From Azolla caroliniana (Eukaryota > Plantae > Polypodiophyta): a stretch of 64,000 nt of DNA. Under the pieces are notes generated by a model. The model saw only the letters and a list, made by a program, of their open reading frames with translations. It made no database searches and was not told where the DNA came from. The translations under genes and the position numbers were made by a program. Positions 1 to 11,104 of the stretch are shown piece after piece (the stretch's first letter is position 1; every line of letters begins with the position of its first letter). The stretch spans positions 8,680,001 to 8,744,000 of the forward strand of contig JBHGNT010000014.1 in NCBI GenBank assembly GCA_043228905.1. The letters run 5' to 3'.

Positions 1-828
1 AAGAGTCAAAATTAATGGTTTAATAGTAACAAATCAAGTTAGTAGGAATTTGGAGACACAAGTTGAAATTAGTACTATTGGATGTCATCGAAACCTTGCC
101 TCTACTTTCTTAAATTTAGGAGCCAACTCTTGCTTTATGGACCGAAAATTTGACTTAACAGAAATAGTCCTCTTGAAAAGCCTTCCTAGTCTAGCATATA
201 TCAGAGTTATAGATGGCTAGCCTATTTCCTTTGGAGACTTAACCGAAAAGTCTAAATTAGTTCACGTAGTTCTTGCGTAATCCCAAAGTTGATTGTAGAA
301 AAAAAACCAATCCTAGAATCCTAGAAAAACCATACTAACTTCTCTATTGCTTCAAACTCAAGTGTGTCATCAATTTTCAACAATTTCTCCACAAAGGTTA
401 GATACCTTGCTTTCAACCAAGTACCAAGAACTCAAAGAATTTGATAAGGAAAAGTCTAATATGCTCCCAAAACACCAACCAGGAAAAGATCCCTAATGAA
501 GTCCAATTTGTAACCTAGTGCCATTAGACCTTAAGGTTCTTCGAGAATATATCAAAGAGAATTTTGAAAAGGTGATTCATTCGACATTCTAGATCTCCTA
601 TGAGAGTCTTCATCTTCTTTGCTAAGAAGAAAGATGGGTTGCTTTGCTTGGCTGTAGATTATCAAAGCTTAAATGGAGTGATAATTTGAAATGAGTATGC
701 CTCGTCTCTAATCTCAACCCTATTGGAGCATTTGAGTAGACCTAATTTCTTCCTAAATCTTGATCTTCAAGGTGCTTTTAAGTTGGTTTGGTTTCGCATA
801 GGTGATGAACAGAAAACCACATTTTGAC

Positions 829-1841
829 CATGGTTGTTTACGTACCTGTATTTAACGTTTAAATACGTATAGTACCTCATCATTTGTATAGTACGTACTA
901 TACCTCAATGTTGTTCAGTCAAATATCATCATGTACATTTGTCCAATACAGTATTTAACGTATTTATAAAAAAACAGGTATAATACGTATTTATAAAGAA
1001 AAAAAACCCTAACAAAAAGCAAAAGAAAAAAAAGATTTTAGTGAAAAAGAAGCCAAAGGAAGGAAGAATAGAAGAGACGACGAAGTAGTAATATACTAAG
1101 GTCTCGTTCTGTTTTTCTTATGTAGACTTTTCAAGTAATATACTAAGGTGTATCTTACTTTAAAAAAAAAAAAAAAAAAGAGACGACGATGAAGAAGAAG
1201 AAGAAGAAGAAGAAGAAGAAGAAGAAGAAGAAGAAAGAAAAGAAGACATAAACCTATCTTGAGTGTGATAATCGCAGAAGATAGAAGAAGAACAACAACA
1301 ACAAAGAAAAGAAGACATAAACCTATCTTGAGTGTGATAATCGCAGAAGATAGAAGAAGAAGAAGAAAACGAAGAAAAGAGAAACCTATCATGAGTGTGA
1401 TAATCGTAGACGATTCCTCAATCTATGAAGGTATAATTGTAAATAATTACAATTTGAAGTAGAACATCGTGATACACACTTACATTGATTATAGAATAAG
1501 GGAATATCGACATTCATATTACTACAAGTATTTTAGGATGTGAAATGTTCAAATGTCTTATATGCATTTTAGGATGTAGAACTATACTGTACAATGTACA
1601 TCACAAAATTTTGTAAACATAGATTTTTTTTTACAATATTATGGATATTTTTTAGAAAGGTAAATAATTTTCAAATTCTAGAAGTATTTAACGTACTATA
1701 CGTAAAATACGTATTTTATAAGTATTTAACATACTAAGAAAACGTATTTAACGTATTTTTAAATTGGGAGGTACTATACGGGTATTAATACGTTAAATAC
1801 GTATGGTATCCGTACCGTACCTAACGTACCTAACAACCTTG
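829..1841. mobile_element. Non-autonomous hAT-like DNA transposon (~1.0 kb)
   Basis: Perfect 8-bp TSD ATTTTGAC (821-828 and 1842-1849); imperfect TIRs CATGGTTGTT.../...AACAACCTTG; subterminal CGTA/TTTAACGTA repeats at both ends; splits the RT motif KT-F-TRYGHFE. Confidence 0.88.
1190..1410. repeat. (GAA)n microsatellite plus three copies of a ~63-69 bp unit inside the hAT element
   Basis: AACCTATC(T/A)TGAGTGTGATAATCG at ~1251, ~1320 and ~1383. Confidence 0.85.
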
Positions 1842-2495
1842 ATTTTGACTCAATATGGACATTTCGAGCATACAATTGTGCCTTTCAAAATCATAAACGT
1901 GCAAGCAGTTTTCCCTCTAAGGGTCAATGATATATTTCGAGACTTCATAGAAATATTCATCATTGTTTAACTTGATGACATCTTGATCTTTGCCTAGGAT
2001 TATAAGGAGCAGGATGTACATGCTTGCCAAGTTCTATGATTACAAGAATTTGATCTTTATCCAAAGCTCAAGAATATAACAATCCACTAGTTGGAAAATA
2101 TCTCTACGGATCCAACAAAGGTGAAGACAATTCTAGACTAGTTAACACCACAATGCATGCGTGATATACGATGTTTCTTGGGGTTTGGGTTTAGGATTCT
2201 GTCGTTTACACAACTTCGAGATGAAACAACCATTCCCACGAACTTTAGACACAACTAATGCATTTGAAAGCTTGAAGTGTGCATTTACAATTGCCCGATT
2301 CTAGTTCAGAATACGCATTCAAAATCTTTATCCTTGAAGATGTTCCATTAGATTTTGTACTACGAAGTTTCCTTTCCATTCACGAAAATTTGGATGTTGT
2401 AGAAATCAATTATGAGTTTCATGATAGGGAGCTCTTGGCCATCATACAGTCTTTCAAGCATCGGTGACACCTCCTTGAAGGCTCTCCCCATTAAA

Positions 2496-3626
2496 TCATT
2501 TTCTACATTCGGCTTTGTCCGTCTTCGGGGCCTTGCCACCTCTGACCCGAATACCAGCTGACGCCGAGTAGTGGACGGTCTCCGCGTGACGAGCCGCCGC
2601 CTCCTCCATCAGCCTTTTCATGCCCCCTCGCCCGACGTTCAGGTTCAGGGCCCTTCGGGTCTCGCTGGCGTGCACTCGACCATTCCACAGGTACACCACG
2701 TTGCTTCTCATCGCCTCGGCGAAGTCCCCGCAGTCCTTTCGGATGTGCCCAACCGCGTCACACCACATGCACCTGTTTTCCGCCAAAGGTCGTCGGTCAC
2801 GAACCTGTTCGCCACCATCCCTCCGTGCTTGGGCGATCTGGAGATCCTTTACCATCCGCGTCAGCTCCTCCAGAGCTGCTCCCCCGGACGAGCCCTTGAC
2901 CATTCCGGTTGAGGCCAACCCGGTCTCGAGCCAATCTCGGGTCTCTTCCCTTCGCGTTGGTGGTGTTGGCTCGAGCTTCTTTGTTGCGACAGAGCCCGCC
3001 CCTATCGATCCTTTGTCAACCCATTCCCGCCGTTTGTCGAAACGGCCACAAACCCTTTTCACCACGGCCCAGTCGGCCGTCAGCCCGTCATCAGTCTCCA
3101 ATAGGAGGCCTACCTGCTCCCGATCCCGCTCGTCAACTGACTTAACAAATAATAGGACACGACTTGTGTCCAGAACGGTCCGGTCAAGCACCGAGAGGCG
3201 CGCGAAGTGTTCCTCAAACTCCCGAAGGACCACTGACGCGTTCCTTCCTTTGTTGGGGGTCTCCACCCACTCCATGAGGTCCCGCTTCGAAAGTCGAAGC
3301 GCATCTTCAAGCCCGTATCTTTCGAGGAGCCGACCTTCGAACTCCTCCCAGGTCTGGCTCTCGGCCCGTACCTCGAGCACCTCCGTATGGATACCCGGCA
3401 TCGCCACTCGAGGGAACCCGGCTAGACGCCTCTCTTCCGGAATGTCCCTCATTACCATCTCAGCCCGGTAGGACGCCAAGTAGCTCGTGGCATCCTTTCC
3501 ACTAAACCGGCCGATCGTACCGACAATCGGCTCGATAGCCCTATCAAGGGCGCCAGTGCCTTCGCGCGCACTCACTATACGGTCTACAGCCGAAGCCATG
3601 GCTTCTACAAGGTCCGACCCCCTCAT
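2496..3626 (-). CDS. Gypsy-type Gag (capsid plus zinc knuckle), 3'-truncated
   Basis: 376-aa ORF starting just after the PBS; CCHC knuckle CMWCDAVGHIRKDC; homologous to ORFs at 53006 and 63461; runs into unrelated sequence at ~2500. Confidence 0.85.
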   Translation of the reverse strand: MRGSDLVEAMASAVDRIVSAREGTGALDRAIEPIVGTIGRFSGKDATSYLASYRAEMVMRDIPEERRLAGFPRVAMPGIHTEVLEVRAESQTWEEFEGRLLERYGLEDALRLSKRDLMEWVETPNKGRNASVVLREFEEHFARLSVLDRTVLDTSRVLLFVKSVDERDREQVGLLLETDDGLTADWAVVKRVCGRFDKRREWVDKGSIGAGSVATKKLEPTPPTRREETRDWLETGLASTGMVKGSSGGAALEELTRMVKDLQIAQARRDGGEQVRDRRPLAENRCMWCDAVGHIRKDCGDFAEAMRSNVVYLWNGRVHASETRRALNLNVGRGGMKRLMEEAAARHAETVHYSASAGIRVRGGKAPKTDKAECRK

Positions 3627-3647
3627 CTTCTACTCCTCTGCCGCCTG

Positions 3648-3665
3648 TTCACGTCGGGTTCACCA
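3648..3665 (-). promoter_or_regulatory. Primer-binding site complementary to tRNA-Trp
   Basis: Plus strand TTCACGTCGGGTTCACCA matches my recollection of the 3' end of plant cytosolic tRNA-Trp; lies 4 nt from the LTR end. Confidence 0.8.
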
Positions 3666-3669
3666 AATA

Positions 3670-4321
3670 TGTCGCGTTGTTACGCGCGTGTGTGGAGAAC
3701 AAGGCGGGACCATTGGGGTCTTGGACCGAGGAATAGGTGAGAAGAGGGAGAGAGAGAGACGCTCACACACGTATAGACAGAGGAATGCACGGGGACGCGG
3801 CCCAACAACAAAGGAGACACGAGTTGAGAACACTAGCGTATGTATATAAATGTATGCAGATGACTCGAACGGCTATAGCCGAAGGTGGATGCCGACGCCC
3901 GATCACCCACGCACACAGGAGAGCAAGATGGAGATCCTACCGGAAGCACACGGGCGTTCCACGGAGCAGGATCAACCTCCTAAGAACCTGCGCAAAAGAA
4001 AGCTATGGAGAATGACAGAGAAGAAGAGCTCGGTCCCAGTCCGACAGCACTTCGTCCCCTCAAGCGCGCGATCCCCTCTCTCGCCTCGTCTCCCTCTCCT
4101 TTATAGCTCAAGGAGGGAGGCCGTTCACCCGTTTACATCACATTAATTCTCTGTCCTTTCGGACAGAGATACTCCTCGATTTCCCCTATAGAATATTGCT
4201 ACCTAGGATTTAACCTTTGTGCCTACCTATCTACTATACAACAAGGGTCGTGCCCACGTGTAAGGGCCGGTTCACACACACTACACACGGTTTGCGCCTG
4301 GGGACGGTTTTCTTCACGACA
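3670..4321 (-). mobile_element. 5' LTR (652 bp) of the tRNA-Trp-primed Gypsy element
   Basis: Minus-strand termini TGTCGTGAAGAA...CGCGACA; CTATAAAGG TATA box at ~4100; both ends match the LTR at 56159-56903. Confidence 0.85.
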
Positions 4322-4355
4322 ACGGGCGACGCAGGAGGAACAGTCAAGACACCCC

Positions 4356-6197
4356 ATGGAGGCAGCCCTAGAACCAGACACCGAAGCACGGAGGGAAAGC
4401 CCTAGACCCAAACGGCGCAGATTGGACAGAAAGGATGGGCGGGGGTTGGTAAAAAACGCCCCCACAGATCCGGAGGCACCAACCGCAGGTGAAGGCCCCG
4501 CAACATCAAAGCCGAATACCACCTTCGAAATCATCCGGGAGCTGCGGCCGATTATTACGACTCAGTCCCAGCAAGGGAAAGCCGTATTGACGGCGGAAAA
4601 CGAGGTTTTGGCATATCCGGATATTCCGGATACGGCCCACGAATTCAGCGCCCTCTTGTAGTTCGGTACCTCTTTCGAGCTCATGGAGTTCCTGGCAACA
4701 CAACAGGTCAAAGCCGCCCAACGCATGGCCGAGGAGCATGCAGAACGACAGATGATAGAGCGCGCCCTAACACAAACAACGGAGAGCGACGATGAGGACC
4801 GGTTGGCCAGGGTCGGCAGACAGAGGAACGCTAGTGTATGATGAGTAGGGATGGAGATACCACCCTTAAACACGGCCCTAGTCGAAGTCCATCGGGAACT
4901 GGCAAAGGTCAGCACAGGCGCCAAGGAGATGGCCATAAAAAATAAGAATGTCTGGAAGAAGGTTAAAGTGACCGAAGCCAAACTACAAAAGGCCAACGCA
5001 CGCATCGCGGAGTTAGAAGCTCATACGACTACGGCGCAACACGAAACCCCGCCACCGAACCATGTTATCGACGCTCTCAAAGAAGAAATCGAGGCTCAGA
5101 CCACCATCGCCTCAAAAGCAAAAAGGGTCGTGCAGCTAGCGGAATCTAAAATTGACCGCCTTCGAGCAGAGCTACGCTAATCCTCCGACAGAGAAAAGGA
5201 GATACGGGCTAACGGACGAAAGGCCGTAAAAACGCTTGAAGAGAAACTAGCTACGGAGGTGGCTCAGCACATCCGGACAAAAGATGACAACGCCCAATTA
5301 CGAGAGGACGCGAAGAAATCAGAGGCGGCAATAGCGGGACTTCGGGCCTTATTAGAGAAAAAGAAGGTATGGTTTGATGAAGAGTTGGTAGTCGAACAAG
5401 ACAGACGGCATCAACTCGAAATCCGCCTAAACAATGAAATGGGGAAATTAGAAAAATAGCATGAAAAGGAATCCCAGCTGTGGGCGGGCCTAAAGGCCAC
5501 GTATGAGGAAGCGGCAGCCGTTAAACAGCAGGAAATCGCGAATCTCCAGAAGTCGATGGAAGACGCACGCAACCGCTGCCAAGCCATCACGGATAACGTG
5601 CGCATCCTTCTCCAAACCAACCGGGAAAGGTTCATAGCGCAATTGAAAACGACGTTGGACAAAGGATGGATGGCGTGGGCAACCCAAGCAGCGGAATTGC
5701 ACGCGTATCATGCGGACTGGGAGAACCGGTGGAAAGACGGCCGAGGGTTTTATAAGCTAAACGAGGAGAGCATTGCGACCGTACGGGAGGACCTAGCGCA
5801 AGACTATCGCGCGTTAGCAGACCAACACTCCGAAGAACTCGCACAACTCCTAGATGATTTTGGTGAAAGTCAGGAGGAGCTATTTCACCAGATCACACAA
5901 ACCGGCAACACGCATACAAACGAGGAACCCAACGAGACACCAATTCCGGGCACAACCGAAGAAGAGGAACCTCAGGACCGATCACCAGCGAGGACAACGG
6001 GGGAGAATAGCGGGGACGAACGAGCGGAGTTCCCCACAAGACCAGACAGCGAAACAATTAACCAACAAAAGGTCCAGCCCACACCATCTTCAGAAAACGC
6101 GGAAAATAGTGCGGACCATGTGGAATCCCCGCCCCACGCCCAGGGACACACAAAAACGGCCAACACCGCGGAGGACCTAACAATAGAGGCGGAGTAG
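4356..6197 (+). pseudogene. Degenerate long coiled-coil ORF of probable retroelement origin
   Basis: ORFs 4356, 4851, 5259 and 5556 share one frame, broken only by in-frame stops; heptad E/K/A/L-rich middle and acidic tail. Confidence 0.65.
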
Positions 6198-6398
6198 CAG
6201 CCGACTGCAAGCACGCTACCGGCGGAGCCCAGCCCATGAACTCAAGAAGAGCCCACCGTACCTGAACCACCCGCACACGGCGAAGGCGACTTCGGGAGAA
6301 ACCAGGCCGACCAAGTAGAGGAGCCGCACCACGATGCACCTACGGGCCCTACATTAACTCCGGCCGAGGACACCACAACAAAGCCGAACATCTGGGGC

Positions 6399-6905
6399 AT
6401 TTTGGAAGAAGATTAATGGGATGGGTCCGACGTGCAAAGGCACTGTCCCACAAGCGTGCCAGGTGTTGTCCGCCGGAATAGTAACCGACGGCCAAAAGCG
6501 TAGGAATAAGAAACTATATAAAGCGTAACGTATGTAACGGTTCACGCGGGTAAGCGTGAACGGCTAATTAGACCCTGCATATATAAAGGGCAGAAAACCT
6601 CGTAAGGAGGTGCATGTAAATTTTGGGAATTGTAAAAGAATGCCTGATAATAGAATACTATCTTCTCTGAGTTTCTGTGTATAGCTACATCTAATTCAGT
6701 GTCTGTGTCTCGGATACGTAATCGTAGTAGTATGTAAGCGCAACCTATGATAAGGAGTCAGTTGTAGCCGTCTCCCCTTACACACGGAGGAATTACAGAG
6801 GTTCTCTCCTTATGTAGTACGATTAAGCTCTGTTCGTTGTTCCACACCCACCTTGGGGTCTAGGTCGAAGGACTGACCACGGACCGTGTTTCCTAAGAGG
6901 CAACA
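6399..6905 (+). mobile_element. Putative 3' LTR following the coiled-coil ORF
   Basis: Preceded by a short GGGGC tract; TATATAAAG at ~6580; ends ...GGCAACA exactly where an unrelated gag remnant begins. The 5' TG is not intact. Confidence 0.45.
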
Positions 6906-7795
6906 CTCGCTGCTTTTCTTCTTCCAATAATGGTCTGCAACGACGTGTAGTGTCAATTTCCATCGGAGTTGGAGTATTCACTGGAGACACATTATATGAC
7001 TCCCTTGGAAAAGGTTTTGTTACCACTGAGGCGTAGGTGGGCTCTGATCTTACCCTTGGCATCTAGAAGTGACGTTCCGAACATTGTTCGAAAAGACGGT
7101 TGTCGCATATCACCGCGCGACTGATTGCTTCTGTCAATGACTTTTGTTCTTCAAGGAAGGTCAAGAGTAAATCCTTGACATCGTCACGTAGACCATAACG
7201 ATGCGGAGGCGAGTAGGCAGAAATCAGCAACGTATGCGGAGGCTCGACAATCACCTTGACGTAATCATCGAATTTTGTTGATTGTTGTCCTTATGTTGTT
7301 AGTATCTCCAAAATAGGCTTTAAACTCACTTAAAAACTCTTCAAAATTCTTTAGTAAAGGATATTCCTTTTCTAACAACGGAGCGAACCATGCCAAAGCT
7401 GAGCCACTTAACAACGTGCCTACTAACCCCACTCATGATGCATCGGTGGGATATCGGGAAGGATGCATTTGAATGACTAATCGTACCTAATTAAGGAATC
7501 CTCTAAATTGTGATTGCGTTCCATCGAATTTCATGGGAAGGGTGATATTGGGTTCTTTATGAACCCCTTGCGTACTGGGTCCTTGTTGTTGCATCGCGAC
7601 TATGGTTGCTTCGAGCTGTTGCACGCGTAACGCTAGTTCCCCATGTTGTTGTTGTGTTTGTTGCTTCTCTAAGGAGATTTGTTGAAGCTCCCCCAACAGT
7701 CGTTGATTTTCTTGTTTCAATGCGAGAAACTTCTCTTTCAAACATTGCAACTCCGAGAAAAGGGATTGATATTCTTGAGCGTTAATAGTGGCCAT
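6906..7795 (-). pseudogene. Chromovirus-type gag remnant
   Basis: MATINAQEY...EPNITLPMKFDGTQSQFRGFLN*...VGTLLSGSALAWFAPLLE...DNRLFE...PTPMEIDT; homologous to the gag at 30563-31518. Confidence 0.85.
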
Positions 7796-7840
7796 ACTAT
7801 GAGAGAAAAGAAGTACAAGAAAAGGCAGCAACCAGAATAG

Positions 7841-10457
7841 GATGAGCCGAAGGTCCTCGAGTTCATAGAAGATGAGGAGGAAGAAGCCGAGCTCGTAGTT
7901 ATTCCTCCAGGGGGCCACATTTCATCGGGGATACTCACCTCAGAGCAAAACCAGTTCAGAGAAAATATTGTAAAGACGAATCTTGTCCGTAAAGGACAAT
8001 TATTTCACTTACCAATCTTGTCTATTCAACGACCACCCATCGATCTGGAGACAGGAAGACGGGCTCTAAAAATTAGAGGGTCACATTCAATGCATGTGCA
8101 GAACTTAAAAAGCAAAATGAAGATTAATCCACATGCGACTGTAGTGACATTCTTAGTAATGGTCGACCCAGATCAATGCCCTACTGTTGTTGACTTCAAG
8201 TACAATTCGGCAGATGACTACACATACTATGTGATTGGAGGATCCCACTCTACTGAAGCCCGACGTTAATTGGTCAAGGAGTATCCTCTTACCCCTTTCT
8301 TCAAGTTTGCAGAATGTAAAGTGTATGCAAACCTTACACATGAAGAAGCCAAGTTGTTAGCTTGGGATCATAACAACAATAATGACTATAGACAAAAGAT
8401 GTCATGTATCGAGCGCATCAAGTTCTTCAATCACAAGTATCTTGATGCGCTGCAAAAATTTAATTCTCAGATACATCATAGATTGCGACGACAATGTCTA
8501 CTTGAAGTGGGGATAGCAGTTGACGAAAGCAACAAGTATGAAGGCTTGAGAAAATAGGACTCATGGTTTCAACTTGCCTTTAGAACAAGGGAGGCATGGG
8601 ACCTCCAAGATCACATTTTCAACTTGCATTTTTAGAACAGGGGAGGTGTGGGACCTCCAAGAAATAAAGGGTCAAAATCCAAAGAAGTCTAAGCTCGACC
8701 CACAGATGGAGATGAAATCTAAGTCCCGTAAAAGTGACTTAGTAATTGAAGAGTTAGTCGAAGATATGAAGTTATTTCCTTGGCGGTCACTGCAAGGAAT
8801 TAAGGATGACAGATTATTGATATCTGTATTATCAAGAGTGGCCGCCAAGGAGTTTAGCCTTGACGAATTGGTCACAGAGTTTCAAAAGTGAGTCATCTAT
8901 GTGCATGTATCATTTTGATTTGATTGCTTTGTTGATTTGTTCTTTATTCTAATTTTAGTTTCTTTTGTTTTTTAGCCATAAGGTGTATATGAAGATTCAA
9001 GAGTTGATGATGAAAAAATTGTCCCTGTCTACGTGGGAAGAAGTGGAGCAATCTTGCCCAAAAACATCATCTTCCAAGGCACTTGAAGAATTCTTTATCG
9101 TATATAGAGAATGGGTATGCATGTTCTACAAATATTAATTGATTTTTGGATAATGGGTTTCTTCTTACAAAATTTATAATTACAAAAACCACCTCGTTCA
9201 AAGAAGAATAGTGACAACAATGAAGGCATACCTAGCGCCTTCATCACCCATTTGGAACGAGCTAAATACAAGAAACGGATGACAAAAGGAAAGGAGCTCG
9301 AGGTGCCTGAGGACTTAGATACCGTAAAAAGCTTTTTGCGCAAGAGTGATCCTTTCCGACAATTGTATTATAGTGTATATATTGGTGATGTGGGTAATAT
9401 GCTTGACATATTACCCAAGAGACATTATACATTGCTTGTGGCGGATATACCGTATGGCTTCAAAATATCAGGCTCGACATACAACGATATGCCATACAAA
9501 TATCCACAAATAGATAATATGGTTAAGGACTTTGCAAAGATGACCCTGGCACCATTATGACATATTGTTATATTTCACAGTATGGGTCAGACGTTATTGG
9601 TCACGACTGCATTGAAGTCGAGATGCCATGCCACCGAACATATGCATTGGTCAGCATTATGTTACTATATATTTAAGCTATGGATTCTATGTTGCTTACT
9701 ACATATTTATTAACTTGTTTCAATTCAATTATACAATAGGGTTAAAACAAACATAACTTGTACCCCGGGTGATCGAATGGTGAGCGTTGTGGAGCACACG
9801 TGCGTGGGCTACTACGACGCACTTTCTAAGAAGAAGGCTCGAGCACATGTTAATGAGCGGAACGTTGTCAACTATATCATGTGCCCTGCTGTAACGAAGA
9901 AATTGTGCCACATGTCTGGCGATAACAGTTTAGTAAACCCTTATCAAAAGCCCCAACGATTGGTTAATCAATTGGTCGATTGTTCTCGAACCCCGATGAT
10001 TGGGTTCTCGACTTATTTTCTGGAACAGGTAATCTCATAAGTTTCATCAATTTTTTTAAAAATGAAATATTATTTCTTGTCCTGTTTTCTTACTTTTGTA
10101 TGTGTGATTGTTTATTTAGGAACGACAACAGCATGTGGTCTTAAACTGTTCAGGAACTGCATCGCATTAGAAAAGGAGCCCGACCAAGTCAAATTTATTA
10201 AGATGAGAATTCAAGGCATTTGGGATTGTCCCGACCAGGACCAAGAGGTTGGGGCAAAGCATATCAACGAAACAACGATGTTTCAGATGGAACCGATGGA
10301 ACCTATAGACGAGGAAGTAGGCGACCTTGTCGTCCTTGAAGATGCACCAGGTTCTAATCATATACAAGATTCAACTGAGGAGATAGAACATGTTGATGCA
10401 ACACCACTGTCAGCTGATCTTGGAGAGCAGCCTGTTCCAGACCTCCTAATGGAGTGA
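7841..10457 (+). pseudogene. ParB/Srx-like domain plus beta-class N6-adenine/N4-cytosine DNA methyltransferase fusion, 5 exons (~7841-8887, 8976-9114, 9171-9649, 9740-10028, 10120-10457), disrupted
   Basis: ParB-like YYVIGGSHSTEAR...AKLLAWDHN...RQKMSCIER. MTase motif IV LLVADIPYG, then HW|VK, EHTCVGY, motif X NPYQKPQRLVNQLV, motif I DDWVLDLFSGTG|TT, motif II RNCIALEKEPDQVKFIKMRI. Introns 8888-8975, 9650-9739 and 10029-10119 are GT-AG and restore frame; 9115-9170 has GT but a mutated acceptor (CAA). In-frame stops at 8267, 8555, 9177 and 9558; frameshifts at ~8570-8660 and ~9980. Confidence 0.85.
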
Positions 10458-10814
10458 TTGTATATTAGTTTGTATTTGTAACTATAATTGTAACACTAAA
10501 CTTGTTTTGGAATATAAGATTATTTTGTTTGAGTACCATTTCTTTACACTATCTGATTGGTTTGCAAACTTTAATTGTCTATCATATATTTGTATTGGTT
10601 GACTCGCAAAGTATGTGGTTGTTAAAATTGTTCAATTGGATTCAAATTCAACATTATGTAAAATGAAGCATATTACAATGATAGTTGAAAGCATTCTTGT
10701 AATCCAAGCGAATCTCTGGCTAAATATGTGTATGAATTGAGAAAATACAGGTTTAATTTGAAATCTTGATAATATTAACTGTGTTTTTTATTTATGTTTT
10801 TAAAAGTCATGTAC

Positions 10815-11104
10815 GCATGCATGATACATTCTTGAAAGTTTGTTAAAAAATTGTAATTCTTGACATCTCATGTATTTATCAATAAAGTAATGCCACATAT
10901 TATCTGTTCTAAATGACCCGGTGTTACACCCTAAACCTAAAAACAAGTAAAAACCATGAGCATGCATGATACATTCTTGAAAGTTTGTTAAAAAATTGTA
11001 ATTCTTGACATCTCATGTATTTATCAATAAAGGAATGCGACATATTACCTGTTCTAAATGGCCCGATGTTACACCCTAAACCTAAAAACAAGTAAAAACC
11101 ATGA
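10815..11104. repeat. Tandem duplication of a 145-bp unit
   Basis: GCATGCATGATACATTCTTG...ACCCTAAACCTAAAAACAAGTAAAAACCATGA starting at 10815 and 10960. Confidence 0.9.

Larger units (their letters stand above)
60..2495 (+). mobile_element. Degenerate Ty3/Gypsy pol remnant (protease-RT-RNaseH), interrupted by a hAT-type insertion
   Basis: Broken-frame motifs: GANSCFMD (protease, ~120), FFAKKKDGLLCLAVDYQSLN (~615-680), YGHFE..VPF (~1855), LDDILIF (~1970), INYEFHDRELLAIIQSFKH (RNaseH, ORF 2279-2467). Many stops and frameshifts. Confidence 0.85.

Noticed and set aside
1096-1462. Poly-Leu and poly-Arg ORFs
   Set aside because: Translations of (GAA)n microsatellites inside the hAT element.
3648-3665. 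tRNA gene
   Set aside because: Only the 3' 18 nt including CCA are present, next to an LTR; it is a PBS.
2571-3849. Plus-strand ORFs up to 283 aa opposite gag (likewise 27118-27936 and 61599-62300)
   Set aside because: Antisense shadows of GC-rich gag/pol coding sequence.
7841-10457. Bacterial or phage contamination as the source of the MTase
   Set aside because: The gene has frame-restoring, AT-rich GT-AG introns, including one inside motif I, and is contiguous with plant TEs and PPR genes.
10928-11090. Interstitial telomere
   Set aside because: Only about two degenerate CCCTAAA units per copy; too short.
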